Origin: Kudoa neothunni
Taxonomy: Eukaryota; Animalia; Cnidaria
NCBI GenBank assembly: GCA_964304625.1
Contig: OZ199838.1
Span: 7,272,035 to 7,336,034, forward strand
Reading direction: 5' to 3'
DNA length: 64,000 nt
Shown: piece by piece, positions 24,711 to 37,985 of the stretch
How positions within the stretch are numbered: the first letter of the stretch is position 1
Layout of the letters: every line of letters starts with the position of its first letter
Program-made: the position numbers and the translations under genes
The notes under the pieces: generated by a model
Seen by the model: only the letters and a program-made list of their open reading frames with translations
Told to the model about the DNA's origin: nothing
Databases searched by the model: none

Positions 24711-27207
24711 AACTGTATATGGCGACGATTTGGGCGCAAGGTAATTACAACGTACAGTGAGTTAGACGAGTATTAGACAATCAAGATGATCTCCAAATAC
24801 CGACAACAACCGCAAATCAATGTAGAGGATTAAATCCATTTTCATATTGTTTTGATTCGACGTTAAAATTATTTCCCTGTATGTTTTAGGGATTTGTAAG
24901 TGCAATCAAATAATTGAAAATGTAGGTTGAATGGGAAAAGCCATTATTAATAGAATAAATACTCAGGCCAATATCTATAATTTAATCTCCGAATTACAAT
25001 TCCAAGTCTACGCACGCGGCCAGAAATTTTGAACTTATTCTTTGATTCTAATTATTTGAAGTATTTACTTGAATTTTTTTGTCTACTGCTACTCCCTTAG
25101 TTATTATTAATTTATTAAAAATTTTAAATGTAGGAATTGCGTACTAGCATGTTAAATTGTTTTCACTGCTTAATGTATGAAGCCTACACAAAAAGAAATT
25201 GTTCCAGATATAAGTATAATTTAAAAAGTATAACTATCATGTAAATTGGCATTTAAATTAGGTGATACCAAATTTATAGATACGCTTAGGATAACACATA
25301 GCTTCAACTTTACAATAACTCTTTAATGGGAAAATATTATCCAGTGTGAAAATTGTTAATCGTGATAATACCATAATTGACAGTTGTCCTTAGGCAAATG
25401 AATTAACTCGTTATTTTTCATACTAATTTCAATTTTTCATTAATATATGAACTAATATGGAGTAAATACAAAATAATTCATCCAATTAACTTTTTGATAT
25501 GTTTCTAAAAATAGTTTAATTTTAAATAAAAGAAAGGATTTATTCTATTTACCGGAAATTCTCACACCAATAAATATGATTAGATATCACATAACATAAA
25601 CACTATAATATAATCTCATTATTGAAATACTTATTTTATTCATCAGGCTGTATAATATTAACGTATCAGAGGATTATACCAAACAAACAGAAAATTCAAC
25701 AAAAAGCCCCGAACCGTTATGTGGTATTTTACTTTCCAAGGTTTACTCCCAATGAAAATTATTTCAGGAAATATTTAGAAATAAATGTGTAATTGCCTAT
25801 TTTTTTGTTTGAAATAATATTTTTGAGGGTCTATTAATTACGCTTAATATTCTCTCGTTACTTCGAAAATAAAGACATGACTAAGGTTAATTTTACTTTG
25901 GAAAAAGTCTGGGAGTTATTTTTGAGGGTATTTTTTAATAAAGAGGGATAATCACACCAAATTTTTTATTCGAAGTAGATTATAGAATCAGTGCTTCCCT
26001 ACATATTTTACATGCACATCTTCATGCTAATTCCCCGCTCACATCGCACTTTTGTATCATGTGAAAGCCGACTCAAAATTATACTTTTATTATTTTAGAG
26101 GATATTTTAACTTATGAATTTTCCTGATTATTTACAAAATTGAATAAAGTATATACAAAACTTTATTGGTTAACTCAATTTATTACACGTAACTTAAGAA
26201 GGACGAATATTTTTTTTTATTCCAGAATTCAACACTCAACGATTGGAGCTACTATTAATTCCTGCTTAAATATATTTTTACGAAAAATAATAAATAATTC
26301 AAATTATATGTTCCTATAATTATTGCAAAATATTAGAAATAAAAAATTTATATAAAAGTAATATTAAATCATCAAAATTATATTCGTTTAATTAAGCTAT
26401 GTAGATAAAGGAGAAAATTTAATAGATGAAGTAAAAATAACAGATCAATATAGTTAACAAAAAATAACGTTAAAAAAATTTCTATTTATTATTTAATCTC
26501 GTAGTTTTCTTTTTTTGGGCTTTTGATAATTAATTCAAAGCGTGGTACTCTTTTGGTCAATGCGACGCGAACATCGTTTTCGGAGTTAAATTAATAACGA
26601 TACTTTTTTATACCATAAAGATGAGAGACACGCCTCAAGTGCCATCTTGTTCTGAATATATCTTACTACTTCCTTATTCTATATTGAGTCAGATTTTAAT
26701 TTAAACTTTGAGGCGTGAGTTTATTAAAATTTAATAAACCCAATAAAGATGCCTTTTAAATGTATTTAAATAAAAGTAACTAATTTATTCTACTAAATTT
26801 GACATTAACTCAAGTGTATAAAGAAATTCTATGATCTTCATTGTACCAACATTTTAAGACAGTTTAGCTAAAATTCATCCCAGAGGCCAGATACAAATTT
26901 TAACATAAAATTTGAAGTGTAACATAATAAAGATTATGCAATTAAATGATGTACCACAGATTTATATAGAGCATGAAGTTAGAAACATATTGTGATTTTA
27001 TTTTTAAGGGATTTACATTATTTAGAAATAGATAAAAATTCTGAAACAGCTGAGTCATATCCTAAGTATATAATATATTACTTTAAAGGATAATAGGTAC
27101 GATTTTACATGAAAAAACCGAGTGCAAGGAGTTATATGTTGAATAGGCTTAATATAAAGTATTATCTTACTACGCCATTTCGTAGAATCAAGTAAAATAA
27201 AAAATAA

Positions 27208-28170
27208 GATAATGTTAAAATACCCGACACCTAAAAAACGTCCTTTTACGCATGTTTTTCGCATCTCTTTGTTCACGATTCTTGATGATAAAATGAAATA
27301 ATGTAGAAAGAAGAAATTCAGCTCAAAATAATAACTTTAAAATTATATGAATTCTTCATCCGAACACAGTAGGATACATGTGTATTCTCCATTTTTTTTC
27401 AACAAACATTGAATTGATCTCTAATTTGTTTTGATAATCGTCCTTAAATTGATTCTATTTCATATTTTTTACCATAAAACCAAAATTTTACAATATCAAA
27501 TTTAATTATACAGGTTTCCATAGGTTTTAAGCATGAATAGTTTAAAAGCGAGAAGACAACCACGTGCTCTCAAAATATATTTTCTTAATTTTCTTCGAGC
27601 TGATGAGTTTATTCAATAATTAATCAACATTTAATTTCAATAGGGAAATAACTTAAGGCAGATTATAGGAAGTTATTACTTTTTAGAAGGAATTCTTACA
27701 TGTGTGTTTAGTATAGCATTCGATAAACGTAAAAATGTAATTATAAAAAACCCAAAAACGAAAAAATTATCATTTCTATAAAATCATTAATTTTAATTAC
27801 TTATATATGTACTGACAAAAATAATGACCTTTATTAACATATTGTGTTTATATCTTGAAATATCCACAATTAGTATATTTGGCCGAATTTGTTGTTAGGA
27901 AATTCTGGCATATACAAAAATTTATAAAACAATAAAAATATAGTTTAAAATTTTTTTTCAATGTTTTACACGTACTTCAAGGTAAAAAAACTTAATATAA
28001 TCATTTTAAAATTAGGTTCCTGAATTTTAATAATTTCTTAATTTCTAATAAAAAATTATAAATTAAAACAAATCTTACTACCTCAATATCTATATTTAAA
28101 AGTTCACAAAATATTTTTATTATGATCAAAAATGAGATGTTTTTGTGAAATTTGAAGAAAGTTTATTTTT
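27208..28170 (-). mobile_element. Second copy of the 15909-17027 long-TIR element, inverted (first part)
   Basis: Degenerate TIR at 27208. The interior is the reverse complement of about 16230-17027 (e.g. 27690-27740 vs 16490-16535). Confidence 0.8.
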
Positions 28171-29868
28171 ACAATGTGATGATTTAGATAAACAAAATTA
28201 TGTAAGCATTTTCCATTCAAATATAAATGGAGGTATTGAGGGAAATTAATGAGTATTTTTAGGTTTATTTTACAAATTATGACCAAAAATATAATGACTT
28301 TAATTTTATGAGCACTTTGATTAACGATTAAAGTTCATTTATTCACTAAACAAAATCATCAAGTAACTTAAATAGGACTTTCAGTTCTTTTCAAAATTTT
28401 GTGATAAAAAGTAATACTTCTAATTATAAAATTTATTATTAGTCTACAAACGACAAAAAAATAAAATCGACCTAAGGTGCGTCAGCAATAAAAATATTGT
28501 CACTCCTTTTTTGCAATTTTATAAAGGATGTAAATTAGGTTTGAATAATCTGTGAGTGGTAACTTACGTATTCACTCTTGTAACATAATTTCCCGACTTT
28601 TAAATAGATGAAACCTTTTTTTAACAAAAATACTTAGTGGTTCAAAAATATACAAATTTAATCATCAAATACGATTAAATCTAAAATGTAAAGGTGTTTT
28701 TTGGCTGAAAAATTTCAGTAATGCCTAAATATCAACTGGTTTTCTCGAAGGAGTGCACCCTTTTAAAAATAAACGTACTGTTTGATTGTCCGAATAAATT
28801 TTGTTTGTATTGAACTAATCTTCGATTAACGAAAACTTTGTGAAAGTATCGGTTAGATCGAATAGACCAATAATTTCTTATTAACTTACATGACACACAT
28901 TGAGAGTGGACTGTATTTCGTGCAAAAGAAATCGTGAGTATAAATTCTTAAACTACGTATAGAATGAGGTGTCACATATTTTCATGCAGCTTTTATATCA
29001 TGATGAATTATTTTTAGCGAAAAGAAAATTATATATTGATTTGAATATTAACCTTAAGGTCTGGGGGTAAGGAATAATTAGGTTATTAAGAACTTAAACA
29101 TTATTTAAAAAATTATCTCATCAAATATAGAAACTTATCGAAAAGACAAATATAGTTTCAATCTCAATCGATATATTTGATAAAAAGAAATTTCCACGTC
29201 TCAGGAATTCCAATGGAGCATAATTTTCATTTAAGAAATTATCACAAAAATTTTATTATTTGAATACTCTACACACATCTTACATAGTTTTTAGAATGCA
29301 TAAAGAGACAAATTATTCCAACGTGGCTACAACTTGTAATCTTAAATTATGTGTTTTATTTAGAAAGATTATAATTTTTTCGTTTAACTATATCCATAAC
29401 GCTCAAAAAGTGAAAATACATCTTAAATAATTTGGTTATACTTAAAATTTTAAGGGGAATGCTACATCTTTTGTAAATATGACGTTCATAGCTTTATTTG
29501 TCTTAAAATTACTCCGAACACACATATGTAAAATTTTTAGAACATTTTATACCATAATTAAGAGACTCTTTTTCTAGATAATGAGTAAAAGTTCATTTTA
29601 ATTGGCTATCACTCCGAAGTAAACAAATATCAACATTATGCAGGTACTTTTAATCTACTCATTGATATAGGCAACCAGAAAATTCCTTACTTTTGATACC
29701 GATATTTATTATGTAAGTAATTATAAGTGAATTAGCGATTTTTTGTAATGGTATCATCCTTCTAAATGTATACTCAAAGTTGTATAAAACAAAATTTCTC
29801 CTTAGTACATGCGTACTGCTGCAAACCCACACACTGACAGACAAGAAATTTATATATATATATATATA

Positions 29869-32800
29869 CTATTGGGAACTGCCCAGCGGTGCTTTAGGAA
29901 GATTTCGCACAGTTACGCTTCTTAATAACATTCCCAGCATATACTGAACTCGCGAATTAATCCACAGAAGAAAAATAACTCAAAAATTTTAACCATCATA
30001 CATTAACGATTTGGATTGACGAAATTTAAATTATGATCATTTCTGTGAAGGAACGTATCAATCCCGGCGTTCATCTAAAAATTTCATGGCCCAGCACCAA
30101 CGCTAAATAATTAAGGTCTGCGTCATTTTCTCCTACATTCCCGAATTACTTAAATTAAGTTAAGTGTTGTCTAAAACGTTATTTTTTGGCCCGTAGAATT
30201 TTCAAAGCCGATTCTGGCTGACTGAGAAAGCTTTTGTCATGCTTTTCTGTGGAAGTAAAAAAAGATATAGGAATAGAAGAAAACACACGAAAATTAATTG
30301 ATATTGCCAAAATTAGCATCGCTTGACCCGGCATAAACATTAGTGCACTTTTCCCAAGCAAACAGCTAAAAATCGCTTCAATATCAACATAAATAATTTA
30401 TATTATTAGAGGGATTAAGATTACAACCATCTGCATTGAATTTAATCACAGAAAGTTAAACTTAGCTGATGACTTCAATAAAACCTACGGACATGGTGCT
30501 TGTATTATAAAGTTTCAACCTATTTGAATATAGAATCCCTTACCAAATGGATATTAATGATGCAAACATAGACTTTTCCCCATATTTTAAACCATTAATA
30601 GAACTTTTAAAATATATTTATCAAGTCATATACTTCAAAACTCCCGACAAAAGAAGTGTATATGCGCAAAACCCCAAATATACACGCCAACGTTGTAACA
30701 AAGTCAGATGATATCACTTAATTTAAACTTGATAAAGCATATTTGGAGGAAAGTTAACTTCAACCGACCATCATCATGACATAAGCTGGCGTTAATCCGA
30801 TTATTGTACCCGGGAAATCCGTTTGACAAACTTTGAATCGATAAAATCCTCATTTTCTAAACACTTTTGGGAACATTTGGTAGTGTGAAAACGATTTAAA
30901 GATTTTTTTTAAATTTCATAAGTGTTTCTCCATAAGGCAAAAATTTTGACGCACATGCGTACTTGCTGACACACAAAGGACATTTTCAGCTTTATATATA
31001 TAGTAGATAGTACAGGGGTGGGAAAACTACAGCCGCGGATCGCATGCGGGCCATTAGAGGCTCCAACACCAGTCGCCAAAAAATGTTGTATTTCTAATAA
31101 ATATAAATTTATATATCTAATTCTCATAATCAAAATGCTTATTTTGGTTGAAAGAACTTTAATGTACATTATATTCAATAATTTTAAAATAATCCATCAC
31201 AAACGTCATGCCTGATTGAATTAAGTATTAAAATTCTAATATTGTTACAAACAATCGTTCTACGAGAGAATATAATTAAAAAAATAAGAAATAATTTCAT
31301 TAAAAATCGTTTCATTTCACTATGTAATTTCTAAATATTAACTTTTACGTTTGAGCTATAAAGGGATAATCGAAAAAAGGACTATACATATTAAAAAATC
31401 TCTCCTTATTTGTCCACATATGCTAACTAATCGTGATATAATAGGCTCACTATAAATTATTTTCTATCACCTTTTAATATCGTAATGTAGACTTCGTTTA
31501 GTCGGTATTCATAGATCTACTGATCGATGAGCATTTTTCTATTCAAATTATTTCTCATTTTAAATACACGGAGATAAATTTTTTTATCATAATTTAATGA
31601 TGTAAACTAACGACATATCGCTCTCAAAAAAAGGTGAAAAATATGTCGAAAGATAACATTAGAAACAGCGGTTACCCCTTTTATACTTTTGCTTGAACCT
31701 TTGTTTTTAAAAATTTTTGCCGAAACTTTCTTTAGTTTATAACGTTTGTTGAGATGGTTAGTTTCAATCTATCTAAAAAAGAAAAATTGAAGACGAATGT
31801 CGAAGTTTCAATGATGAAGACCGAAAAGTGTTTTTTACCAGTATCAATAATAAAGCTGGATGTTTGATTTGCCGTGATACAATCGCCGTGTACGAAGAAT
31901 ACAACTTGAAATGTCATTATCAAACCAAATATTCAAAATTTGGCTGAAATTTGTCACAGTAAGAATTGAAAAACAAGGCATCTGATATGGTGTAAAATTT
32001 AAAACCCCAACAAAATTCATTTTGAAAAGCAACATCCATACAAAGAGATGCAGCAACGACTAGCTTTATACTTTCCCACAAATGTTCAAGACAACAGGGC
32101 ATTCTCGGATGGGGCGTTTATTAAAGAATGTTTTATGGATGCTATTAATGTTGTGTGTCCTGAAGTCATCTTGAAAATTGAAGCTATTCCTCTATCACGA
32201 GGAACAATTGTTCGACGAATTGAAAATATTTCTCAAAATGTGCAAGAAATTTTGTTCGAAAAAATTTCCAACTTTGAGTACTATTCTATTGCTTTGGACG
32301 AAAATGCACATGCTACGGATATCGCTCAATTACTCATTTTTGTAAAAGGAATTGACCATAATTTTGAAATTACCGAGGAGCTCTTATCACTTGAATCCTT
32401 GAAGAATACCACAACTGGACAAGATTTTTTTGACAGCGTTATGAATGGTTTGAATAGTTATGGTTTAAGCTTGGACAAACTCACCAGTGTCACTACCGAT
32501 GGAACGCCTTAATTCGTGGGAAACATTCCGGGCTCATAAAACTGATGAATGATAAAATCAATGAAGATTTCCTATCTCACAAAATTTTGTCATTTCATTG
32601 TATTATACACCAAGAAAGCTTGTGTAAATCTTCATTGAAATTCAAGCATGTTTTGAACCCTGTAATGTGTGCTCTTAATATGATAAGACCAATAGCTCTT
32701 CTACATAGGCAATTTAGGAGCTTGTTAGAGGACATTGAAGCTAATTTTACAGATGTACTCTATTACAATAATGTACGATGGTTAAGTATGGGTAAAGTCC

Positions 32801-33961
32801 TAAGTACAGTATAGGCCCTGAGAACCGAAATTTCCCTCTTTATAAACATAACGGACACTAGTTGCGATTTTATTGATAAAATCATAAATTATGCATGGCT
32901 ATATGATTTCGTATTCGCTGTAGATATAATGGAAAAGATAAATGAGATGAATGCAAAATTCCAAGGAAAATGCTTATTTGCTCACGAGTTATATTTGGAA
33001 GGGTTTAACTTCCAAATAAAACTTCAACTATTTTCCAATCAACTTAAAAATCAAAACTTTGTCCGTTTTCCAACATTGAAGGTTTAAAATCCCCCAAACA
33101 TTATGTGATAACTATAGTTCTCAGCTAATAGGGTTACAGAAGAGTTCGCCAGAAGATTTTTCGATTGTAAGTCAATCGAAAGTGACTACTTTGCTCTGTT
33201 CGCCTGTTACATGCGACATTGAAGCATCCCCAGAAGAACTACAGTTAGAATTAATAGACCTATAAGACGACATTTTCCTTAAAAAAAATGTTCGAAACAA
33301 AAAATTTGATTATCTTTTACTCTTCTCTCAACAATGATAAGTTCCCTAATTTGAGAAGGTTTTCTAAAAGAATGTTTGTTATCTTCGCATCAACATACAT
33401 ATGTGAGCAAACGTGCTCCGTAATGAAAATAAACAAGTCTCCAAATAGAGCGATAATGACAGACTCCAATCTTCACTCGATTTTGAGAATAAGTACAAGA
33501 TTATTAAAACCTGATTTCGAAAAAATTAATAATGATAACTGCCAGTTCCGTAAATCACATTAGTTCTTTTTATTTAGTATTATATTTTTTATGATGTTTG
33601 TTTTTATTTGCTTGCGAATGAAAACTCTCCTTATTAAATTAAACTATTATAGAAAATTTTGTAGTTAGAATACTTTACATTGTTTTTTAGAAGACTAATT
33701 ATTTCAAATTTTCGGAATAATGGCTATTTTAGAAGCTCATAAGATTTGGAAATTTCTTCCTGTGTAAGTAATACATAGGGTCGTAATAAGTAAAAATATT
33801 TTGGAAAATATTAAAATTTATTTTAATCAATAAAAACATATGTAACCGATAAAGAATGAATTTTAAAACAATTTATCTCTTTTATCAGTACAATAAGCTA
33901 TTTTTTATGGGTGCGGCCCACGTACCAAAAAAGTTTGCCCACCCCTGAGATAGTAGGTAGA
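29869..33961 (-). mobile_element. Probable non-autonomous Helitron-like element interrupted by a hAT
   Basis: Minus strand begins A|TCTACCTACTATCTACTATATATATAAAG..TGTC. It ends in a GC-rich patch then ATAG|T at about 29869. A second similar head follows immediately and shares CAGCA(A)GTACGCATGT. Confidence 0.45.
31013..33947 (+). mobile_element. hAT element, SPIN/GTF2IRD2-like transposase pseudogene (about 31750-33563)
   Basis: TIRs CAGGGGTGGG(A/C)AAACT, perfect 8-bp TSD AGATAGTA. Motifs YSIALDE..TDIAQL, TTDGTP, HCIIHQESLC, VRWLS, FASTYICEQ. Confidence 0.93.
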
Positions 33962-33969
33962 TTGTTATA

Positions 33970-36900
33970 TAGTGGGTAACGGCTCGTGGGCACCTGCCAT
34001 GATTTAATGACTTACACAATACTGTTACTAATTATAGTAAATCGAATAAAAGCATAACAATTTAAGAAATTATTAAACCCTTGGTTTTTGTTTTAATTCT
34101 CTTTAGATAAGAATGAGCTCAAATTTACGACTCGTTGCCACTTGAAGAGAACCAAGCAGTTTCGTTCTTTGAAAGATAAAGTGAATATAATGCCATATTA
34201 TGAAAGCATATCGAATGGAAAAATAGAAAAGCTATAACTCGAAATTATTTGAACATAAAATCTCTATCCTCTTTAAATAAGATTTTGGGTAATAAAGAAT
34301 CCATTATGAAGGCTTATAATGAAATGAGAACCGCAAAAAATTTAAAAAATCTACTACTTGTCTGAATGATGCTCTAACTTATTTGAGTAAAACGTACAAA
34401 TTTTTCAGAAAACGAAATGACCAAATGTTATCTATGCTAATTGATCTAGAAAAGGCGATTTACGATATAAGAACGTCAGAGCTTTACCAGTAAAATATTA
34501 ATGACTTTTTCAAAACAAAATCCAATTAATAAGTATGATATAAACTTGTAGTTATAATTTACTGAGTATATTAATTTTATGAAATTTATTCATATCAATA
34601 TATATTAAATTTGTATTGATTACAAATCCTTCCTCCTACTTCTCTTGAGTACAGAAAACAATTTATTTGTTTCGTAACACTTTCTTAACCTTCTAAATAG
34701 CTTGAAAAGTTACACCTTTTAAATAAAATTGGAGTGTATTTCGACTCCACATTTTTTTAATTTTTGCACAGTAAATATAATTTAAATTGTTTATACAAAT
34801 TTTAATCAAGATCCATCGACAAAGTATTGTAAAAAAGCGCAATGAATTTGTGAACATTGCGCACGCGTGATTAGTTAAAGAATTTAAGTTTTTAATGATT
34901 TATTTATATCTAGAATAAGGAAAAACCAGTATTATATGCGCTTAAAAATTTTATTTATTCTTAATTTCTATTATTCTAAACAGTTAAAAAATTATTAAAC
35001 AAATTTTATCCCGATATAAATGAGACAAGATGTCGACTAACAGAAATAGCATCATAAACAATTCAAACAGTTTAGAATATTTTCTACAACATGAAGCGTT
35101 GAAATTATGACATTCTTCTGAAGTATTATGATCTTTTTTTTAACACAATTGACACCTTCGAATCGAATTTTTTGGAGCGTTACTCAAAATATGCTAATTG
35201 AATGTCTCTTTTTATTCGCGTTTTAAAGTGCTTGTCAACTCTTCAGTCATCCTTTTTAAATAATTTCTCCTGCTTATGTTGGTTCGATAAAATATTTCTT
35301 TATAAACTGAAAACCTATTTATCAATGAAATATCAACCATGCTGAAGAATACAATCAGGGACCAGCATCTAGTGAATCTTCTTACACTTACCGATGCAAG
35401 CATTCGAGAAATAGTATCAACTCCCCTTTCGCAGAATTATAATGGACTATTACATCAGGTTTGTAGGGCTCTTCTTCGAATACGTTAGTATTAGTTGCAG
35501 AGGTGCACAACATATACACATGTTTGTTTCTCTTGGGAAAGTACCTCAAAATCATTTTTTTATCATCAAACACACAAAGAGAAGAATTGACAGGAGTATT
35601 TTTCAATGGTTCTAAATATGGCGGAATCTCTCTTTTATTAGATCTCAATGTCCCATGTAATGTTAGTCTTTTCTTAGTAGTTCGTCGGCCAGTTCCACAG
35701 ACGTGAAAAAGTTATCACGAACCAAATTTCGACCAGAACCATGCAGTAGGCTAGATAACTTCAATACCATGCTTTTTTCGATGATTGTTGTCTTTTTATC
35801 TAATTGGTTCTGCTCTCCAAAGTAGACGTCGATATTATATACATAGGTTGATCTAGGATAAACTAAGTGAAAAAATTTAATACCATATTTGGCTGGTTTA
35901 ATAGATTTGTATTGCTCAAATGGGCGGAAACTACGTGTAAGCAAATCACTCTAAATAGTCCAGACGTCCCGAATATGGTAAAATTTATCAGACCCTTTTC
36001 TCAACTCTCGAGTTGCTAGATCATCAAAGTGGAGGGCCCCTGTAATTTTCCTGAATTTATTAAGACAAAAAAGACCTCTATAAATTTGTCGGCCTTCGTC
36101 AACTCCAAATAACTCCCCAATGGGTTCCTGCCGATCTTTATGAATAGCCATTAACAACAGGCATCCAATATAACCCTCAAATTCGGTTTCATCTAAATTA
36201 CTCCAACTATCGCCTAAGTGATTAGCACCAAATAAATTTGTAAATTTTAGGATTAGATCGTAAACTTCTTGATTCAAAAATAGTCGGAAAGTATCACCTA
36301 AATTGGTCATTCTGAATAAAGCGAAAGGTCACACACCAGGACGATTATTCAAAATATTTTCTGATCCAGTTCTTGAAATTATAGGTTTATTAACTGATCA
36401 CAATGTTCCATTTTCGTCAAGCAAAGAATTGGTAACCAATTCAACGTCATCATCGGATGTATCAGATGCGATTTCATGAAGAAATGAATTTTCAGCATCG
36501 AGATCATGAAAATCGAAGCAACTATCGCAGTAATCAGAAGAACTCATCGTTTAAATTGTTACGCGTGCGTAATACGCGACAACCACTAATATATGATTAT
36601 TTATTCAATGTTTTACCGATCAAATTTCTTTTAACCTCAATTATAAATATTATTTTTTATTTCTTACAATATTACCAAAAAAACCTAGAGTCGAAATACA
36701 CCTCATTTTATTTAAAAGGTTAAGGTATTAAGTATTCATTAAGAACGTTCTCTGCATGTTTTTATTTAAAATTGTCCAAAACTTATGATGAAAATAAAAA
36801 AATAATTTCGATTGTTATAAAATTGGATGTGTAAATTGCATTTATTATTTTTTTAAATTTGTTGTTGACAGAAATCATTAATATTACCATCACGTTGTTT

Positions 36901-37149
36901 AAATAATTTGGTTCTACGAATAAAGTCAAGGATCCACTAGATTAATCGCACTTAATCCTTACACCATTGTTATAAAAAAATTTGTTTACATTAATATAAT
37001 ATTGAGTATAAATGTAAACTTTGTGATAAATAAGAGAGACTGTTGCAATAGCCCACATTAAAATTTTTCTTCGTTCGCATGTGCCATGACGGTTGGAAGA
37101 CACCTTGAACCCAATTCTTATTTTAGTGCCCACGACACGTCACCTATTG
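33970..37149 (+). mobile_element. Degenerate pogo/Tigger-like element hosting a piggyBac
   Basis: Imperfect TIRs TAGTGGGTAACGGCTCGTGGGCAC and GTGCCCACGACACGTCACCTATTG, TA-flanked. A C-terminal-like remnant NINDFFKTK lies near 34500. Confidence 0.55.
34715..36719 (-). mobile_element. piggyBac (PGBD4-like) element with a disrupted transposase
   Basis: About 32-bp TIR CCTTTTAAATAAAAT..GTGTATTTCGACTC, TTAA at 36720. ORFs contain LHFDD, KPAKYGIK, DNFFTSVELA and HYNSAKG. Confidence 0.9.
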
Positions 37150-37411
37150 TATATCAATATTAAAAAATCTAGATAGTAATAATAAATAACGTTTAGGTTA
37201 ATCACTAAGAAAGAAACAAAATAATTCACGATTTGTTGAAAAATGATGGGGATTACATGTATATCAGACCGCGTTCGGATGAAAAATTCGCAAAATTTTG
37301 AAGTTATAATTTTGAGCTGAATTTATGCCCTTTGTATTATTTTATTATCAAGAATCGTGAAAAACATGCGCAAGAAGGCGTTTTTTAGGTGCCGCGTACT
37401 TTACCGTTACC
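37150..37411 (-). mobile_element. Remaining terminal part of the long-TIR element begun at 27208
   Basis: Reverse complement of about 15909-16190, ending TTTAGGTGCCGCGTACTTTACCGTTACC. Confidence 0.8.
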
Positions 37412-37985
37412 GAAACTTATTGATAGCAGGATACTCAAAAGTATTATTACACATACTACGCCCATATATGATTTAAAGGGAGACTAAAGAAACTTACGCG
37501 ATAAATAAATTGAGATTTATTTTTAAATTTATTGTAGAATGACTCTCGCGTCTCCTGTAGGGAATCAATGATACGTTTTGCTTGAATTTACAGCGATCTC
37601 TACAAGCAACGAGTTTCTCGTGGACTCAGAGCTTCATTAGAACGAGAATTACTAGTAATTACGTCAACCTACATACAGTATTGTTTACGACTATGACAAA
37701 ATTCGTCGGATTCTTTTCTTATCCCCCTGATTTCCATATCATTAAAATATGGGGTTCACATTATTTGACAAATTTATATACTGAGAATAAGTCACGATAT
37801 ATATCTTCCTCCTTCAGGCTCAATTAACTCTTTGTTCGGTTCTTGATTTTTCTTATGAATTTCCATCAGTAATAACCAGCTAATGGACTCTCCATATTTC
37901 ATCCGTGTATCGGCAACAATTTTTATCAAGGATGTATTGATGTTTTAAAATTATTTCGTTCATATCCGAGTATAAATAAGGCACT

